Positions 10,487-20,844 are shown, counted from the first letter of the stretch. The stretch is DNA of 64,000 nt from Candidatus Bathyarchaeota archaeon (GCA_963717465.1 OY970340.1:704001-768000); one strand, 5' to 3'. The notes: a model not told the origin generated them from the sequence alone. Made by a program: numbers and translations.

Positions 10487-10612
10487 GCCGGGGTGGCGGA
10501 GTGGTTATCGCGCTGGCCTCGAGATCTAAAACAAAAGAGGGCTAAAGCCTAAAAGGCAAGTTAGCCAGTGGGCTTCGTGCTCGCAGGGGTTCGAATCCCT
10601 TCCCCGGCGCCA
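10487..10612 (+). tRNA. tRNA-Ser(CGA) with 39-nt canonical (37/38) intron at 10524-10562, CCA encoded
   Basis: acceptor GCCGGGG/CCCCGGC plus G73 and CCA; anticodon stem CTGGC/GCCAG; anticodon CGA at 10520-10522; long variable arm; TTCGAAT T-loop. Confidence 0.93.
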
Positions 10613-10675
10613 AATTCGCTAAAGCATACCTAATTGAGATTAATCTTGATGTATTCAAATAAAGAATTAAAGACA

Positions 10676-11221
10676 TTAAGCTGTTATTGCTTGGAATATT
10701 TCAAATGTTTTATCTTTTTTAGCCCGTTTTTTCACCGCTTCAATATCCACTTTAGTAAACGCCAAAATCGCTTTCACATCTTCCTTATCTTTGACCGCCC
10801 GTTCAGGAGGTAAAGTTGCCTTAATCATTCGTAGTTTAGCTATAATCAAGCCCTCAGGCGATTGAAAAAAAGTTTTAACACCATTTATTTTCCCAGAGAT
10901 TCTCTCAAGTTTACCTCTGAGCATGATGATGTCGACGCTGTATGGCGTTTTTTTGTCCTTGAATGTAGCTATTGAATAGTCTGATGTTAAAGCCATTTCA
11001 ATTTTTCGTCCATCAACTTGCAGACCTGCTTTTCCTAAAACGGCTGCAATTTTGCTTTTTGCTTCGGTTTCGTTGCTCACCGCAATGATTATGTCAACGT
11101 CTGTGGTTGTTCTCGGAACACCGTAAAAACTTGCAGCTAAAGCGCCAGTGAAGGCATATTGTAACTCTTCACTTTCAAAGGCATCGATTAGTTTCTTTAC
11201 AAAAGAGTAATATGCTTCCAT
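10676..11221 (-). CDS. nucleotidyltransferase-fold protein (putative toxin-antitoxin component)
   Basis: GALAASFYG.PRTTTDVD (G-x-DxD) and EGLIIAKL...KD..D motifs typical of DUF6036-like NTases. Confidence 0.8.
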   Translation of the reverse strand: MEAYYSFVKKLIDAFESEELQYAFTGALAASFYGVPRTTTDVDIIIAVSNETEAKSKIAAVLGKAGLQVDGRKIEMALTSDYSIATFKDKKTPYSVDIIMLRGKLERISGKINGVKTFFQSPEGLIIAKLRMIKATLPPERAVKDKEDVKAILAFTKVDIEAVKKRAKKDKTFEIFQAITA

Positions 11222-11418
11222 TACTTTTCAATCCAACGATTGCGTTTAGACCATTCAAACCGCTCACGAAGTTTACCTATAAGTTCTTCGTCGGAGATAT
11301 TTGGAAACTGGTTTCTTATTCCATCAGTGCATATCTGAACGCACCCCTCCGTCATATCTATGCAAAGCAACACTTTTTCTTCAGGTTTTAGTCTACCAAG
11401 ATACTTCCAGTTCTTATC
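11221..11418 (-). CDS. small protein translationally coupled to the NTase (putative antitoxin)
   Basis: L.PEEK....IR.QFP.IS.EEL...LR pattern; stop overlaps the NTase start (TAATG); start uncertain. Confidence 0.6.
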   Translation of the reverse strand, partial: DKNWKYLGRLKPEEKVLLCIDMTEGCVQICTDGIRNQFPNISDEELIGKLRERFEWSKRNRWIEK

Positions 11419-11832
11419 CATACGAAGCACTTGTTTTCAGAAGAATATTACGGGTCGATGTTAAAATAATCTTGTGCTGGCCGATCAAACTTTTAGCTTT
11501 TAACAGTTCAATTTTGATTCAAATGCTAATAATTTTTGAAATACCTCAGCGCCTAAAAAGGTTGAAGTAGATAAAAACTTGGCACCTCTCTTTTTTTTCG
11601 TAATAGTAAACATGTCGGAAACCTTTGGCAGTTTTCGCGCTTTATTGAATCCAGGTATCTTAAGCACATAGCGCTGCTCCTGAAATCTAAAAAGCACGCG
11701 ACTTTCAATTCATTGAATAACGTATGCTCAATGCCAAATTGCTATTTTTTTAGCGCGTTTGTATCTGGAAAAAAATAAGTAAAGTTTTTTTAGCTTATCA
11801 GTAAACGAGCACTATGATGTAGCGTGAAGTAA

Positions 11833-12930
11833 ATGGCAGAAATCACTGCAGAATATTCCCAGAGGGTGGTGGAAAAGCTTGAGGAGTTTATGCGTTATTG
11901 CCAAAGAGTGAAACATGGTGATGATTATATCCTTGTTAACCGAAGCGCCCCTTTATTGACTAAAGCAGCACTAAAAGCTGTGGAAAATTGCGGTCTAACC
12001 GTTCATGCCTTTAATTTGACAGCAAAGAAGCCGTATAAACACTTTCCAAAGGAACTTGTAAGATTACTTCGCCAAAAAACTCCGAAAGCTGGAATGGGTC
12101 TTTTTGATTATAGCTTAAATCCCGACTGGAACCTAAAAGAGGTCGGAGCAAGAATTGAATTACTGCATCAAACCATTGAGGAGGTTCCTATAAGCTGGGC
12201 ACATTCACCAGGCATCACATTAGACATGGCAGTAAATGGACCATTGCAATGCAATTATAAAAAAATGGGTGAAGAGTCAGAGAAATTGCTACAAAAATTG
12301 CAGAATATAAAAAGAATCCACATAACCTCTCCGGCGGGGACAGATATAGAAGTTCAGGTGCCGCTTGAAGTTAAGTTCGACACGGATTGTACGATTGTAC
12401 CGCCCAACATTTATGGTAAAGCTGGAAAGTTTGGCAACCTCCCCGTTGGAGAAGTCTGGTCACAGAAAGGTGAAATAATTGGAGTTCATAACAAAACAAC
12501 AGGCAAAATAGAAAACCAGAATTACCCTGTGAAGCAAACTGCTAATGGCAGAATCGTATGTGACGTTACGGCAGGTGGATACTCTGGAAGAATAAATCCT
12601 AACAAACCACTAATTGCCGAATTTCACGATGGCATCTTAACGAGGTTGCATTGTGATGATCCAGCGCTTGATAGCCTTCGAAAAGAAATGATGAATGCTC
12701 AATCATTATATGGCTTGCCGACGGTTCTGGAGGAAGTCGGTATAGGGCTAAACGAGAGGGCAAGGGTGACTGGAAACATGCTGGAAGATGAAAAGATAAA
12801 GGGAACATGCCACCTTGCCCCAGGCAACATCAGATGCCACGTTGACATGCTGATTAATAAGCCAACAATCGTCGGCTGCTACAGTGATGGAACAATAAAA
12901 GAAATAATGAAAAACGGAATTTTAGCTTAG
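11833..12930 (+). CDS. peptidase M29-like (thermophilic metallo-aminopeptidase family) protein
   Basis: ITSPAGTD, NLPVGEV, EVGIGLN...GNMLEDEK..GTCHLA.G, HVD metal-ligand motifs. Confidence 0.8.
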   Translation: MAEITAEYSQRVVEKLEEFMRYCQRVKHGDDYILVNRSAPLLTKAALKAVENCGLTVHAFNLTAKKPYKHFPKELVRLLRQKTPKAGMGLFDYSLNPDWNLKEVGARIELLHQTIEEVPISWAHSPGITLDMAVNGPLQCNYKKMGEESEKLLQKLQNIKRIHITSPAGTDIEVQVPLEVKFDTDCTIVPPNIYGKAGKFGNLPVGEVWSQKGEIIGVHNKTTGKIENQNYPVKQTANGRIVCDVTAGGYSGRINPNKPLIAEFHDGILTRLHCDDPALDSLRKEMMNAQSLYGLPTVLEEVGIGLNERARVTGNMLEDEKIKGTCHLAPGNIRCHVDMLINKPTIVGCYSDGTIKEIMKNGILA

Positions 12931-12951
12931 CTTAGTCTTGGTGTTGATTAC

Positions 12952-14310
12952 TTGCCTGACAATTCACGAAGCGACAATGCTTCAGTTTCACAGGTCACTG
13001 CTGAAAGCTCAAAAAAGAATTCGGCAGACTTCACGCGGGTAGTCAACTCTGAAACATCAACAGATGTTGGGTGGGTTAAATCCGTTGTTCCCTTCAGTAT
13101 CGCAACTGGTCCAATTAGTACTCTTGTTGTGCTTCTAATACTTAGTTTCAATGGAACCGTGATAGATGTTGGATATGCTGTTGCCATATTTAATGCAGTT
13201 AGCATACCAGCCTCCATATTCTGGGGGTTTGCCACTGACCGTTTTCACAGAAGAAGGCTAATAATCGTTGCAAGCTACTTAGCGACAGCTTTAGTTCTTA
13301 TCTTGTTTCTGTTCGCAAGCAACCTATATTACGTCATATTGTTGTACGCTTTATTCTCTTTCGTAACAACTGCGGTTACCACACCTCTTAACCTCCTCGT
13401 CATGGAAACAAGCCCTAAGAAGAAATGGAGTAGCGCGTTCGCCTGGTTTTCCATGCTATCGAGCATCGGAACGACATCAGGGTTAATCCTGAGCACGGTC
13501 TGGGCATCCTTTCTTCTTCTTACCTACCTTCTAATTCCTTTATCGATTCTCTCAATAGCATCAGCAGTCATGTCTGTGATGTTGATTAAAGAGCCCTCAT
13601 CCGTTTTTGAGGGCCAAATGATAATTCACAACAAACACAGTTTTTTCGATAGACTCCAAAGAGACCCCGTCATCTTCCTTCGAATTCCTCGATTAACTGA
13701 TTTCAAAAGAGTTTTTAGAGCCCTAAAGTTTGACCTCACCAGGAATGTGCCAATTCTATATTTTTCCATCTTCATATTTTGGGTTGCAGCTGGGCTCTTC
13801 AACACCTCGATTATCCCGTCGATGACAGCAAACAAAATTTCAAACATCACAATTTTCTTTATCATAACAATAGTGAATATCATTCAAATTTTTTCATTCG
13901 AATATGCCGGATCATACACTGAAAAAAACTCCTTGATTAACGCATCAATTTTTGGACTTACCCTTAGAAGCATAGGTTACGCGTTACTGGGCATTTCCTT
14001 TTATTTCATATCTGGCATTTGGTATGCACTTTTAGCCTTGGTTTTCTACTCCCTCGCAAGCGGATTCGCATTCACCATATATTACACCGCCTCTAACACA
14101 ATGGTTTTTAACACCATGGGAGGCAACAGCCAAGGATCTTCCCTAGGCGTTTACAGCGCCTTGGTAAGCATCGCCACCACAGCAGGCTCGTTGATCTCTG
14201 GATTCTTATCATTCTACCTCAACTTTAGTGCAACATTCATTATAGCCAGCATATGCTTGGCCTTTTCAATTTGGCTCATTTTCCTTTTGCGTGAAAAACC
14301 TCAAAATTAA
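12952..14310 (+). CDS. MFS transporter
   Basis: about 12 hydrophobic segments; motif A-like WGFATDRFHRRR. Confidence 0.88.
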   Translation: MPDNSRSDNASVSQVTAESSKKNSADFTRVVNSETSTDVGWVKSVVPFSIATGPISTLVVLLILSFNGTVIDVGYAVAIFNAVSIPASIFWGFATDRFHRRRLIIVASYLATALVLILFLFASNLYYVILLYALFSFVTTAVTTPLNLLVMETSPKKKWSSAFAWFSMLSSIGTTSGLILSTVWASFLLLTYLLIPLSILSIASAVMSVMLIKEPSSVFEGQMIIHNKHSFFDRLQRDPVIFLRIPRLTDFKRVFRALKFDLTRNVPILYFSIFIFWVAAGLFNTSIIPSMTANKISNITIFFIITIVNIIQIFSFEYAGSYTEKNSLINASIFGLTLRSIGYALLGISFYFISGIWYALLALVFYSLASGFAFTIYYTASNTMVFNTMGGNSQGSSLGVYSALVSIATTAGSLISGFLSFYLNFSATFIIASICLAFSIWLIFLLREKPQN

Positions 14311-14447
14311 CACGCAAATTATTAGCTTTTATTTTATCAGTTTTCAGCGCAAATTCAATATTCCAGAGTATTTATCTGGCTAAAATAAGGAAATCGTTGC
14401 GTTAAATTTAAGAGAACCTAAGAAATAAAGAAGGTTGGCGATAAAGT

Positions 14448-15545
14448 TTGAACTGTAAATCGTGTGGTACCCAAATATCGGATGATGCAGCTTTCTGCTC
14501 TAAGTGTGGAGCAAGCACCGGATTAAATGCATCTAAGCAGGATTCTTCCTCAAATCAACCTGCTACTCCAAGTCAACCTGTTATTGCAGCTTCAGGAGTT
14601 ACTGCTTTAAAATGCCCGAGCTGTGGAGGACCTATTGCTCCTAAATTCGGAGAAATGGTAATAACCTGCGAGTACTGCGGCAACGCTGTTACTCTGGGTG
14701 CCCAAGGCTGGACTAACATTCAGAAGCAGACAATGCTTTCTTTGAAGGTTGCCACAGTTGACCAAGTAAATTCAATAATTATACCTCTAATGGATAAGGG
14801 TCTATTACATAGGCATCTTCATGAGGATTCAAAACAGGAAGAAATGAGCCTGACGTTTGTGCCTTATTGGATTGTCAGCGTCTCTGCACGCACAAGTATT
14901 GTAGCTGCGGATGAAACTGCACAGGTGGCGCAGACCGCGACAACGGCCGCTTTATTGGGTGTCATCTTCGGCGGGATGGGAGGTGGCGGTGGCTATGGCG
15001 GTGGTGGTCGAGGTGGCGGTTTCGGAGGGGGAGGACGCAGACGAGCCTTCGGAGGGGAATTAAGGGCAAGCGACCCCTTTGCTGGAATTCTCGGGTTAAA
15101 ACGATTAAGAATAATGGCTTTCGGAATGGGAATGGGCTACGGGGGCGGTAATAGAAAGACGATGCAGATGGATGAGAATTACAACTTTCCTGTGATAGCA
15201 TTAAAAGCGTTAATGGATTATCAGCCTAAGGATTACCAATTCAATCTAGCAGGCAGAGAACTGTTTGACATTTCCAAGCTACCTAAGAACGTAAAGGTTC
15301 TTAATGGCGACATCAGCGAAGAATCAGCTAAAGCTCAGGCGAAAACCCTGGTAGATCAGCTCCAATCACAAAAAGCACACGCCAAGTATCATATGATCCA
15401 GCAGATACATACTGATTGCGATATTGGAGATGTCGAGCTACTACATGCACCAGTATGGTTCTCAAAGTTTGACCATAAAGGGAACAAAATTGTGCTAATT
15501 ATCGACGCCAACTCTGAAAGAGTAATCAACAGCTTCGGCCTCTAA
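14448..15545 (+). CDS. zinc-ribbon domain protein with Gly/Arg-rich insert
   Basis: CKSC..CSKC and CPSC..CEYC pairs; FVPYW and LLHAPVW motifs; central GGGGRGGGFGGGGRRR stretch. Confidence 0.75.
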   Translation: MNCKSCGTQISDDAAFCSKCGASTGLNASKQDSSSNQPATPSQPVIAASGVTALKCPSCGGPIAPKFGEMVITCEYCGNAVTLGAQGWTNIQKQTMLSLKVATVDQVNSIIIPLMDKGLLHRHLHEDSKQEEMSLTFVPYWIVSVSARTSIVAADETAQVAQTATTAALLGVIFGGMGGGGGYGGGGRGGGFGGGGRRRAFGGELRASDPFAGILGLKRLRIMAFGMGMGYGGGNRKTMQMDENYNFPVIALKALMDYQPKDYQFNLAGRELFDISKLPKNVKVLNGDISEESAKAQAKTLVDQLQSQKAHAKYHMIQQIHTDCDIGDVELLHAPVWFSKFDHKGNKIVLIIDANSERVINSFGL

Positions 15546-15814
15546 AAACGAACCAAAATTCATCGATCAACACGAAAAACTGTGAAGTCAAAAGGAAACG
15601 GCGTCACCACTCTCACCATCATTCAAATTTCACGCCCAGAAGAAGTCGAGCATTGGGATCAACCATGTGTACGCGTTTTTGAAAATGATGCTTTGAAATG
15701 TGCGCTTTATGACCTAAGTATATTAAAATTTGTTATTGCATCGAAACTACCACATAAAATTATATAGAATTTTAGTTTTATTAGTTAGAATAAACTCAAA
15801 GGGTGGATATATTT

Positions 15815-15958
15815 TTGGCAAAAAAACAAAAGAAACTAAAACCCAAAATGACAAAAGATGGAAAATATCAGTGTCCATATGACGACAAAGTATTTGACAC
15901 CGTAGAAGGCGTAAAAACCTGCATCGAAAAGCACATGGCTAAAATTGTACCAGGATAA
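15815..15958 (+). CDS. putative 47-aa C2H2-like zinc-finger microprotein (below ORF-track cutoff)
   Basis: own translation MAKKQKKLKPKMTKDGKYQCPYDDKVFDTVEGVKTCIEKHMAKIVPG; TTG start after GGGTGGA; T-rich tract downstream. Confidence 0.55.
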   Translation: MAKKQKKLKPKMTKDGKYQCPYDDKVFDTVEGVKTCIEKHMAKIVPG

Positions 15959-16303
15959 ATAAGCATCTAACTAAAGGATTTTTGTACTTTACCCTTTTTC
16001 TTTAGAAACGAACCGTAAAATTACTATTTATCAACAATTCTTTTCCATGTCTATTTGCAAAAATGTTGCTAGCGAAAACAGGGATTGATTAAATCGGGAA
16101 TAATATCGGGAATAATCCTGTCCGTGGTAGTCTAATTAAATCATCAATGTTTTAGTTGTTAATTGCTTTTGAAACCATATTTCTAATTTGTAGTTAGCGT
16201 TAACAACTTTAATTTACCCCTCAAAGCATTAAACAGCAGGTAAGGTATAGCAAGTAAGCTGATTTACGACAGATTCAAAAACCACTTTGGGAGATAAAGA
16301 TAG

Positions 16304-16792
16304 ATGTCGCATGAAAAAATTGACAAAAAAGGTTCTCTAAAGACCGTTAATGTAATGGTCAAGAAAGTAGTTACAGTTGATGAAAAAGCGTCAGTAAAAG
16401 AAGCGGCTGATTTGATGAGTCATTTCGAAATAGGATCTATTATTGTAACTCGGAAAGGTAAAGCGGTTGGAATAGTTACTGAGCGTGACCTTTTGAAGCG
16501 GATTGTCTCAGAAGGTAAAAACACAAAGAAGACGAAGGTTAATGAAATAATGTCAAGTCCACTGCTCGTCATTTCCCCTGATACAGCCTTAGAGGAGGCG
16601 GCACGCATAATGTTCGAGAAAAACATAAAGAAGCTGCCTGTAGCCGAACAAGACCACTTAGTCGGCGTGCTCAGTCTAACGGACATTGCTCGTCATCAAT
16701 CGATGTTAAACGTTCTGTATAAACTAGCTGAGGCTCAACCCAATTCAAATAAGCTACAAGACGTCTTAAACAGTTGCAGTTACATCGTTTAA
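16304..16792 (+). CDS. CBS domain pair protein
   Basis: two CBS repeats (GIVTERDLL; IMSSPL...IKKLPV..GVLSLTDI). Confidence 0.92.
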   Translation: MSHEKIDKKGSLKTVNVMVKKVVTVDEKASVKEAADLMSHFEIGSIIVTRKGKAVGIVTERDLLKRIVSEGKNTKKTKVNEIMSSPLLVISPDTALEEAARIMFEKNIKKLPVAEQDHLVGVLSLTDIARHQSMLNVLYKLAEAQPNSNKLQDVLNSCSYIV

Positions 16793-16795
16793 CCT

Positions 16796-18295
16796 CTATT
16801 GTTGGCGGTTATAGCTGGCTGTAAAGTAACCAAGTTTTTGAAGAACTTGCTCAGCCAACTGTTGTGATGTGACTCTCCACTCCCAGCTAGGGCACGATCG
16901 ACCTGGGCTGTTCATTCTAGCTTCGGAACCCAAGGATAAAGCATCTTGAATGGGAATAATGCTCAAGTTCGCTTTTGATGACAATGCTAGTTTTATAACT
17001 TCAAAACTTACTTCTTCAGTTGAGACTTTTCTGCCGATTTCTTCAAACAACTTTTGCTTTTTCGTTTCAGACGCTTCATCTAAAAACCAGCCTTTAACAG
17101 TGTTGGTGTCATGAGTGCCACTGTAAACTACCGCGTTTTCAGGATGACGACTTAAAATGTTTGGGTTGTCGTCGGTTCCGTCAAAAGCAAAAAGCATAAC
17201 TCTCATGCCTGGGATTCCTAATCTTGTTATTGCCTGTTTTACTTCTTCATCTATTGAGCCTAAATCTTCGGCTATAAAGGGAAGGTTTGGAAACGTTTTT
17301 CTTGTGTTCTCAATGAATGCTTCTGGTTCAGATCTGACCCACTTTCCATTTTTCGCTGTCATGTCGTTAGCAGGAATTTGCCAGTATGCAACAAAACCCC
17401 GGAAATGGTCAAGACGGACTTTGTCATAAAACTTTAAGTTGTGAGCTAACCTATCCATCCACCATTCAAAACCCGTTTCCTTAATTTTTTCCCAATTGTA
17501 AACTGGGTTTCCCCAGAACTGTCCTGTGCTGCTAAAGTAATCAGGGGGGACGCCGCCTACAAATTTTAACTGTTTATTTTCTGTTAAACTAAAGAGTTCG
17601 GGGTGCACCCAAACATCAGCGCTGTCATGTGCAATGTAAAAAGGTATGTCCCCGACAATTTTCACTTGCCTTTCCTTGCAGTAATCTTTAAGCGAACACC
17701 ACTGACTGAAAAAAATGAATTGAGCAAACTTTTCTTGTTCAATATCCTCTTTCAACTCCTGTTTTTTTTTCTCTAAACTATTTTTTTCGCGATCACGCAG
17801 CGAAGAGACCCAAGAATACCAAAAATTTCTATTGTTCTTCCTTAAGGCAATATACAAGGCGTAATCGTCTAGCCATTTTGTGTTTTCCGAGCAAAAAACT
17901 TCGTAGTCAGATTTTTTTTGACCTGTTTTCTTGAAATTCTCATAGGCATCTTGAAACATTAACCTCTTATTCCTATAAACCGCTCGATAATCGACTCGGT
18001 TATAAGACTGGCTTTTGATTTTCTCAAGGTATTCTTTAGCAAGAAAGCCATCTTCAACCATTTTCTCAGGACTTACAAGCAAAGTATTACCCGCAAAAGC
18101 AGAGCTTGTTTGGTACGGCGAGTTATCAACATCCGTATTTATAGGCGTAACCGGTAGAATGCTCCAGTAATGCTGCCTAAGATTTGCTAGTAGATCGATA
18201 AACTTGTAACTCTCCGGTCCCATGTCTCCTATGCCATACTCTGATGGAAGAGATGTGACATGAAGCAAAATGCCGCTAGCCCTTTTTTCACTCAT
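16796..18295 (-). CDS. malQ: 4-alpha-glucanotransferase (GH77)
   Basis: RASGILLHVTSLP, GVPPDYFS.TGQFWGNP, RLDHFRG, AEDLG, GTHDTNT. Confidence 0.96.
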   Translation of the reverse strand: MSEKRASGILLHVTSLPSEYGIGDMGPESYKFIDLLANLRQHYWSILPVTPINTDVDNSPYQTSSAFAGNTLLVSPEKMVEDGFLAKEYLEKIKSQSYNRVDYRAVYRNKRLMFQDAYENFKKTGQKKSDYEVFCSENTKWLDDYALYIALRKNNRNFWYSWVSSLRDREKNSLEKKKQELKEDIEQEKFAQFIFFSQWCSLKDYCKERQVKIVGDIPFYIAHDSADVWVHPELFSLTENKQLKFVGGVPPDYFSSTGQFWGNPVYNWEKIKETGFEWWMDRLAHNLKFYDKVRLDHFRGFVAYWQIPANDMTAKNGKWVRSEPEAFIENTRKTFPNLPFIAEDLGSIDEEVKQAITRLGIPGMRVMLFAFDGTDDNPNILSRHPENAVVYSGTHDTNTVKGWFLDEASETKKQKLFEEIGRKVSTEEVSFEVIKLALSSKANLSIIPIQDALSLGSEARMNSPGRSCPSWEWRVTSQQLAEQVLQKLGYFTASYNRQQ

Positions 18296-18300
18296 AAAAA

Positions 18301-20844
18301 TCATCCTTGACAAAGCAGTGCGACTGGAAAATCACTTAACGCTTCTTTAAGAAAAATCCTACCAGATATAGATTTAAGGTTTTTTCCCGTAAAAATGTTT
18401 GCCCAACTCGAAGGCTTACTGTTTGGAACTGAAATGTATGTTTCCTTCCAATCTACCGTTCCCCATTTAACTGGATATTTTGCTAAACTGGACAGAAACC
18501 TAGGTACAATAACGATGACGGACTCTTTGCCTTTTTCCCTGCAAAAAGCGATTACATGCTCCTTTTCTTCCCCTTCAACTTTTAACGGAATATATTTGCC
18601 TTCGTTAAACAGGCTTTTTGCCTTTCGCCTAAATCGTAACGATTTATTTATCAAGTATAATTTAGCTTTTCCATCCTCGAAATTCCCTAAGAGTTCATTG
18701 GTTTCTTTTGGTTTTAGCTTTGAAATTTCCGACAGCAGTCTTTGCCTTTTTTTGAAATCTACAAGTCTACGGTTATCGGGATCAACGAGGTTAAGGTCCC
18801 AAAGTTCAGCGCCTTGATAAAAGTCTGGGATTCCTGGGCTTGTAATCTTGAGTAATGTTTGCGAAAGAGTGTTAAAAAACCCGTAAAATGAGATTTTCTT
18901 TTGGAAGGGTAAAAAATCATCCATAAATCGTTGATTATTAATGATTTCAGCGGCGAAAGCAGTAACTGCTTCTTCGTAATTCAAGTTCGGAGAGATCCAA
19001 TTGCTGTTAACCTTGGCTTCTCTCAAAGCCTTAACCATATGCGCTTTTATTCTAACTTCAAATTTAGGATCATCGCTCATAAAAGGGTAAGCGCAAAGAA
19101 GTGTTTGGTAAATGTAATATTCCTCGTTACTGCAAGGAACAAGGTTGTTTTCGATTTTTGTTTTTAGGTTTCTGTTTACTCCTGCCCATTTCCAGATTCG
19201 CTTATTGAATTCTCCTGGAATTTCGCTAATTACGTTTAGCCGGGCGCGTGCGTCTTCGCCTCTTTTAGTGTCGTGAGTACTCGTAGTGTTAAGCGATAAA
19301 GGCCAATTCTGTTGGCGTATTTTGTTGAATTCGTGAAAAAATTCGACAGTGGAGCCGAATTTGTCCGGATTGCTGCCGACTTCATTGAGCGATAATAGCC
19401 TATTATAACGGTAAAATACGGTGTCTTCATAGCCCTTAGCCATAATAGAGCCAGTGAACTGCTGGAATCTCATTATAGCGTATGATGCTTCAGGTGAATT
19501 TGGGATTTTTTCAAGCAAGTAGTCTATAGCCGCAAATTCAGTCTGCAAATCTTTATTTTTTTGTTCTGCCAGCTTTAACGCTTTTTTGAAAAGCTCGCCT
19601 TTTTCTTTTGTGGATGCGTCATCTAAGTAGGTTCTGTAAACGGAAAAGCACGCCAGTAATTCAGCGACTGCTTCAGTAAGTTTTAAGCGGTTAATTTTTT
19701 TTGTGTACCGCGCTCTCTGTAACGATTGAATAAGTAAGCGAGTAAGATTTCTGACATCTCCCAAAAAGAAATTTTCAATAATCAGTCTTTTGCTTTCACA
19801 TGATGATTCATTGAAGGTTTGTGTGTTGCCAGTGAATTTCTTGTATATGAAATCAATTTTTCTTTTATTTGGTTTTTTCAGGAAAATCGCATTTACATGA
19901 GCTAGGAAATCGTAACCTGTTGTGCCTTCGACAGGCCATGAATCAGGCAATCTCTCTTCGTCAGATAGAATTTTCTCCACAACTGTATAAGTATCCGGTA
20001 AATGATTCCTAAGTTTTTGCAAGTATTCTTTGGGCTTAAATAACCCATCAATGTGGTCTACTCGTAATCCAGATATTTTTCCTGTTGCAACTAAATCAAA
20101 AATTAATCGGTGGGTTTCATTAAACACCTTAGGGTTTTCCATTCGGAGACCAATCAAATCGATTATGTCAAAGAATCGTCGATAGTTAATTTGTTTTAGT
20201 GCTGTTTTCCAGTATGTGAGCGTAAAGAACTGTTTTAAAAGCAAGTCGCCTAAAAGTCTTCGATTGTTGTTGTATCGCTTAATTGTTGCCTCAGTTGAAT
20301 TATTTTTCCGCAGGCTTTTCGAGATGTTATCGCTTGCTGGAAACTGAATGTCACTGTATTTAATTTTAAGGCCATCGTCAGGGACAAGTGATATTTGCCC
20401 CTGTTTTAAGCATTCTTCATAGGTGTTCGCAAGGAAAGGTGCAAGAATTTTTCCTTTCAATCTGTGAGTAGGATGATTCCAATCGATGTCTAAAAAGGAA
20501 GAGTAGTCAGAGGCAACTCCCTTTCTCATTAAATCGTTGACTATTTTGTTCTCGACTGAATATGAAACGTGGTTCGGAACAATGTCTTGTATCCATTCTA
20601 AACTGTAATCGGCGAGTTTTCCGATTAAGCTTTCAAAGTCTCTTGCTCCGCCAAGCTCGTCGCTTATCTTGTTGTGATCAACTATGTCGTAGCCGTGTGC
20701 GCTTCCCTTTTTTGCTTTAAAAATTGGTGAAGCATAAACATGTGAAATCCCCAGCTGCTTCAAGTAGGGTAGAACATCCTCTAAGGATTTAAAATTAAAT
20801 TCCCTGCCTAGCTGGATTCGATAAGTGGCTACAGGAATCTTCAA
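18301..20844 (-). CDS. treY: malto-oligosyltrehalose synthase (GH13)
   Basis: PVATYRIQ, DIVPNH, INYRRFFDI, RVDHIDGL, VVEKIL, STHDTKRGED, GIPDFYQG, LVDPDNRR. Confidence 0.96.
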   Translation of the reverse strand: MKIPVATYRIQLGREFNFKSLEDVLPYLKQLGISHVYASPIFKAKKGSAHGYDIVDHNKISDELGGARDFESLIGKLADYSLEWIQDIVPNHVSYSVENKIVNDLMRKGVASDYSSFLDIDWNHPTHRLKGKILAPFLANTYEECLKQGQISLVPDDGLKIKYSDIQFPASDNISKSLRKNNSTEATIKRYNNNRRLLGDLLLKQFFTLTYWKTALKQINYRRFFDIIDLIGLRMENPKVFNETHRLIFDLVATGKISGLRVDHIDGLFKPKEYLQKLRNHLPDTYTVVEKILSDEERLPDSWPVEGTTGYDFLAHVNAIFLKKPNKRKIDFIYKKFTGNTQTFNESSCESKRLIIENFFLGDVRNLTRLLIQSLQRARYTKKINRLKLTEAVAELLACFSVYRTYLDDASTKEKGELFKKALKLAEQKNKDLQTEFAAIDYLLEKIPNSPEASYAIMRFQQFTGSIMAKGYEDTVFYRYNRLLSLNEVGSNPDKFGSTVEFFHEFNKIRQQNWPLSLNTTSTHDTKRGEDARARLNVISEIPGEFNKRIWKWAGVNRNLKTKIENNLVPCSNEEYYIYQTLLCAYPFMSDDPKFEVRIKAHMVKALREAKVNSNWISPNLNYEEAVTAFAAEIINNQRFMDDFLPFQKKISFYGFFNTLSQTLLKITSPGIPDFYQGAELWDLNLVDPDNRRLVDFKKRQRLLSEISKLKPKETNELLGNFEDGKAKLYLINKSLRFRRKAKSLFNEGKYIPLKVEGEEKEHVIAFCREKGKESVIVIVPRFLSSLAKYPVKWGTVDWKETYISVPNSKPSSWANIFTGKNLKSISGRIFLKEALSDFPVALLCQG

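Noticed and set aside
10613..11830. Integrated provirus or IS at tRNA-Ser(CGA)
   Set aside because: No integrase, transposase, terminal inverted repeats or duplicated tRNA 3' end detected
15582..15767. 61-aa ORF (also 11500-11697 and 41321-41554)
   Set aside because: No RBS, motif or coding-like composition; probably spurious
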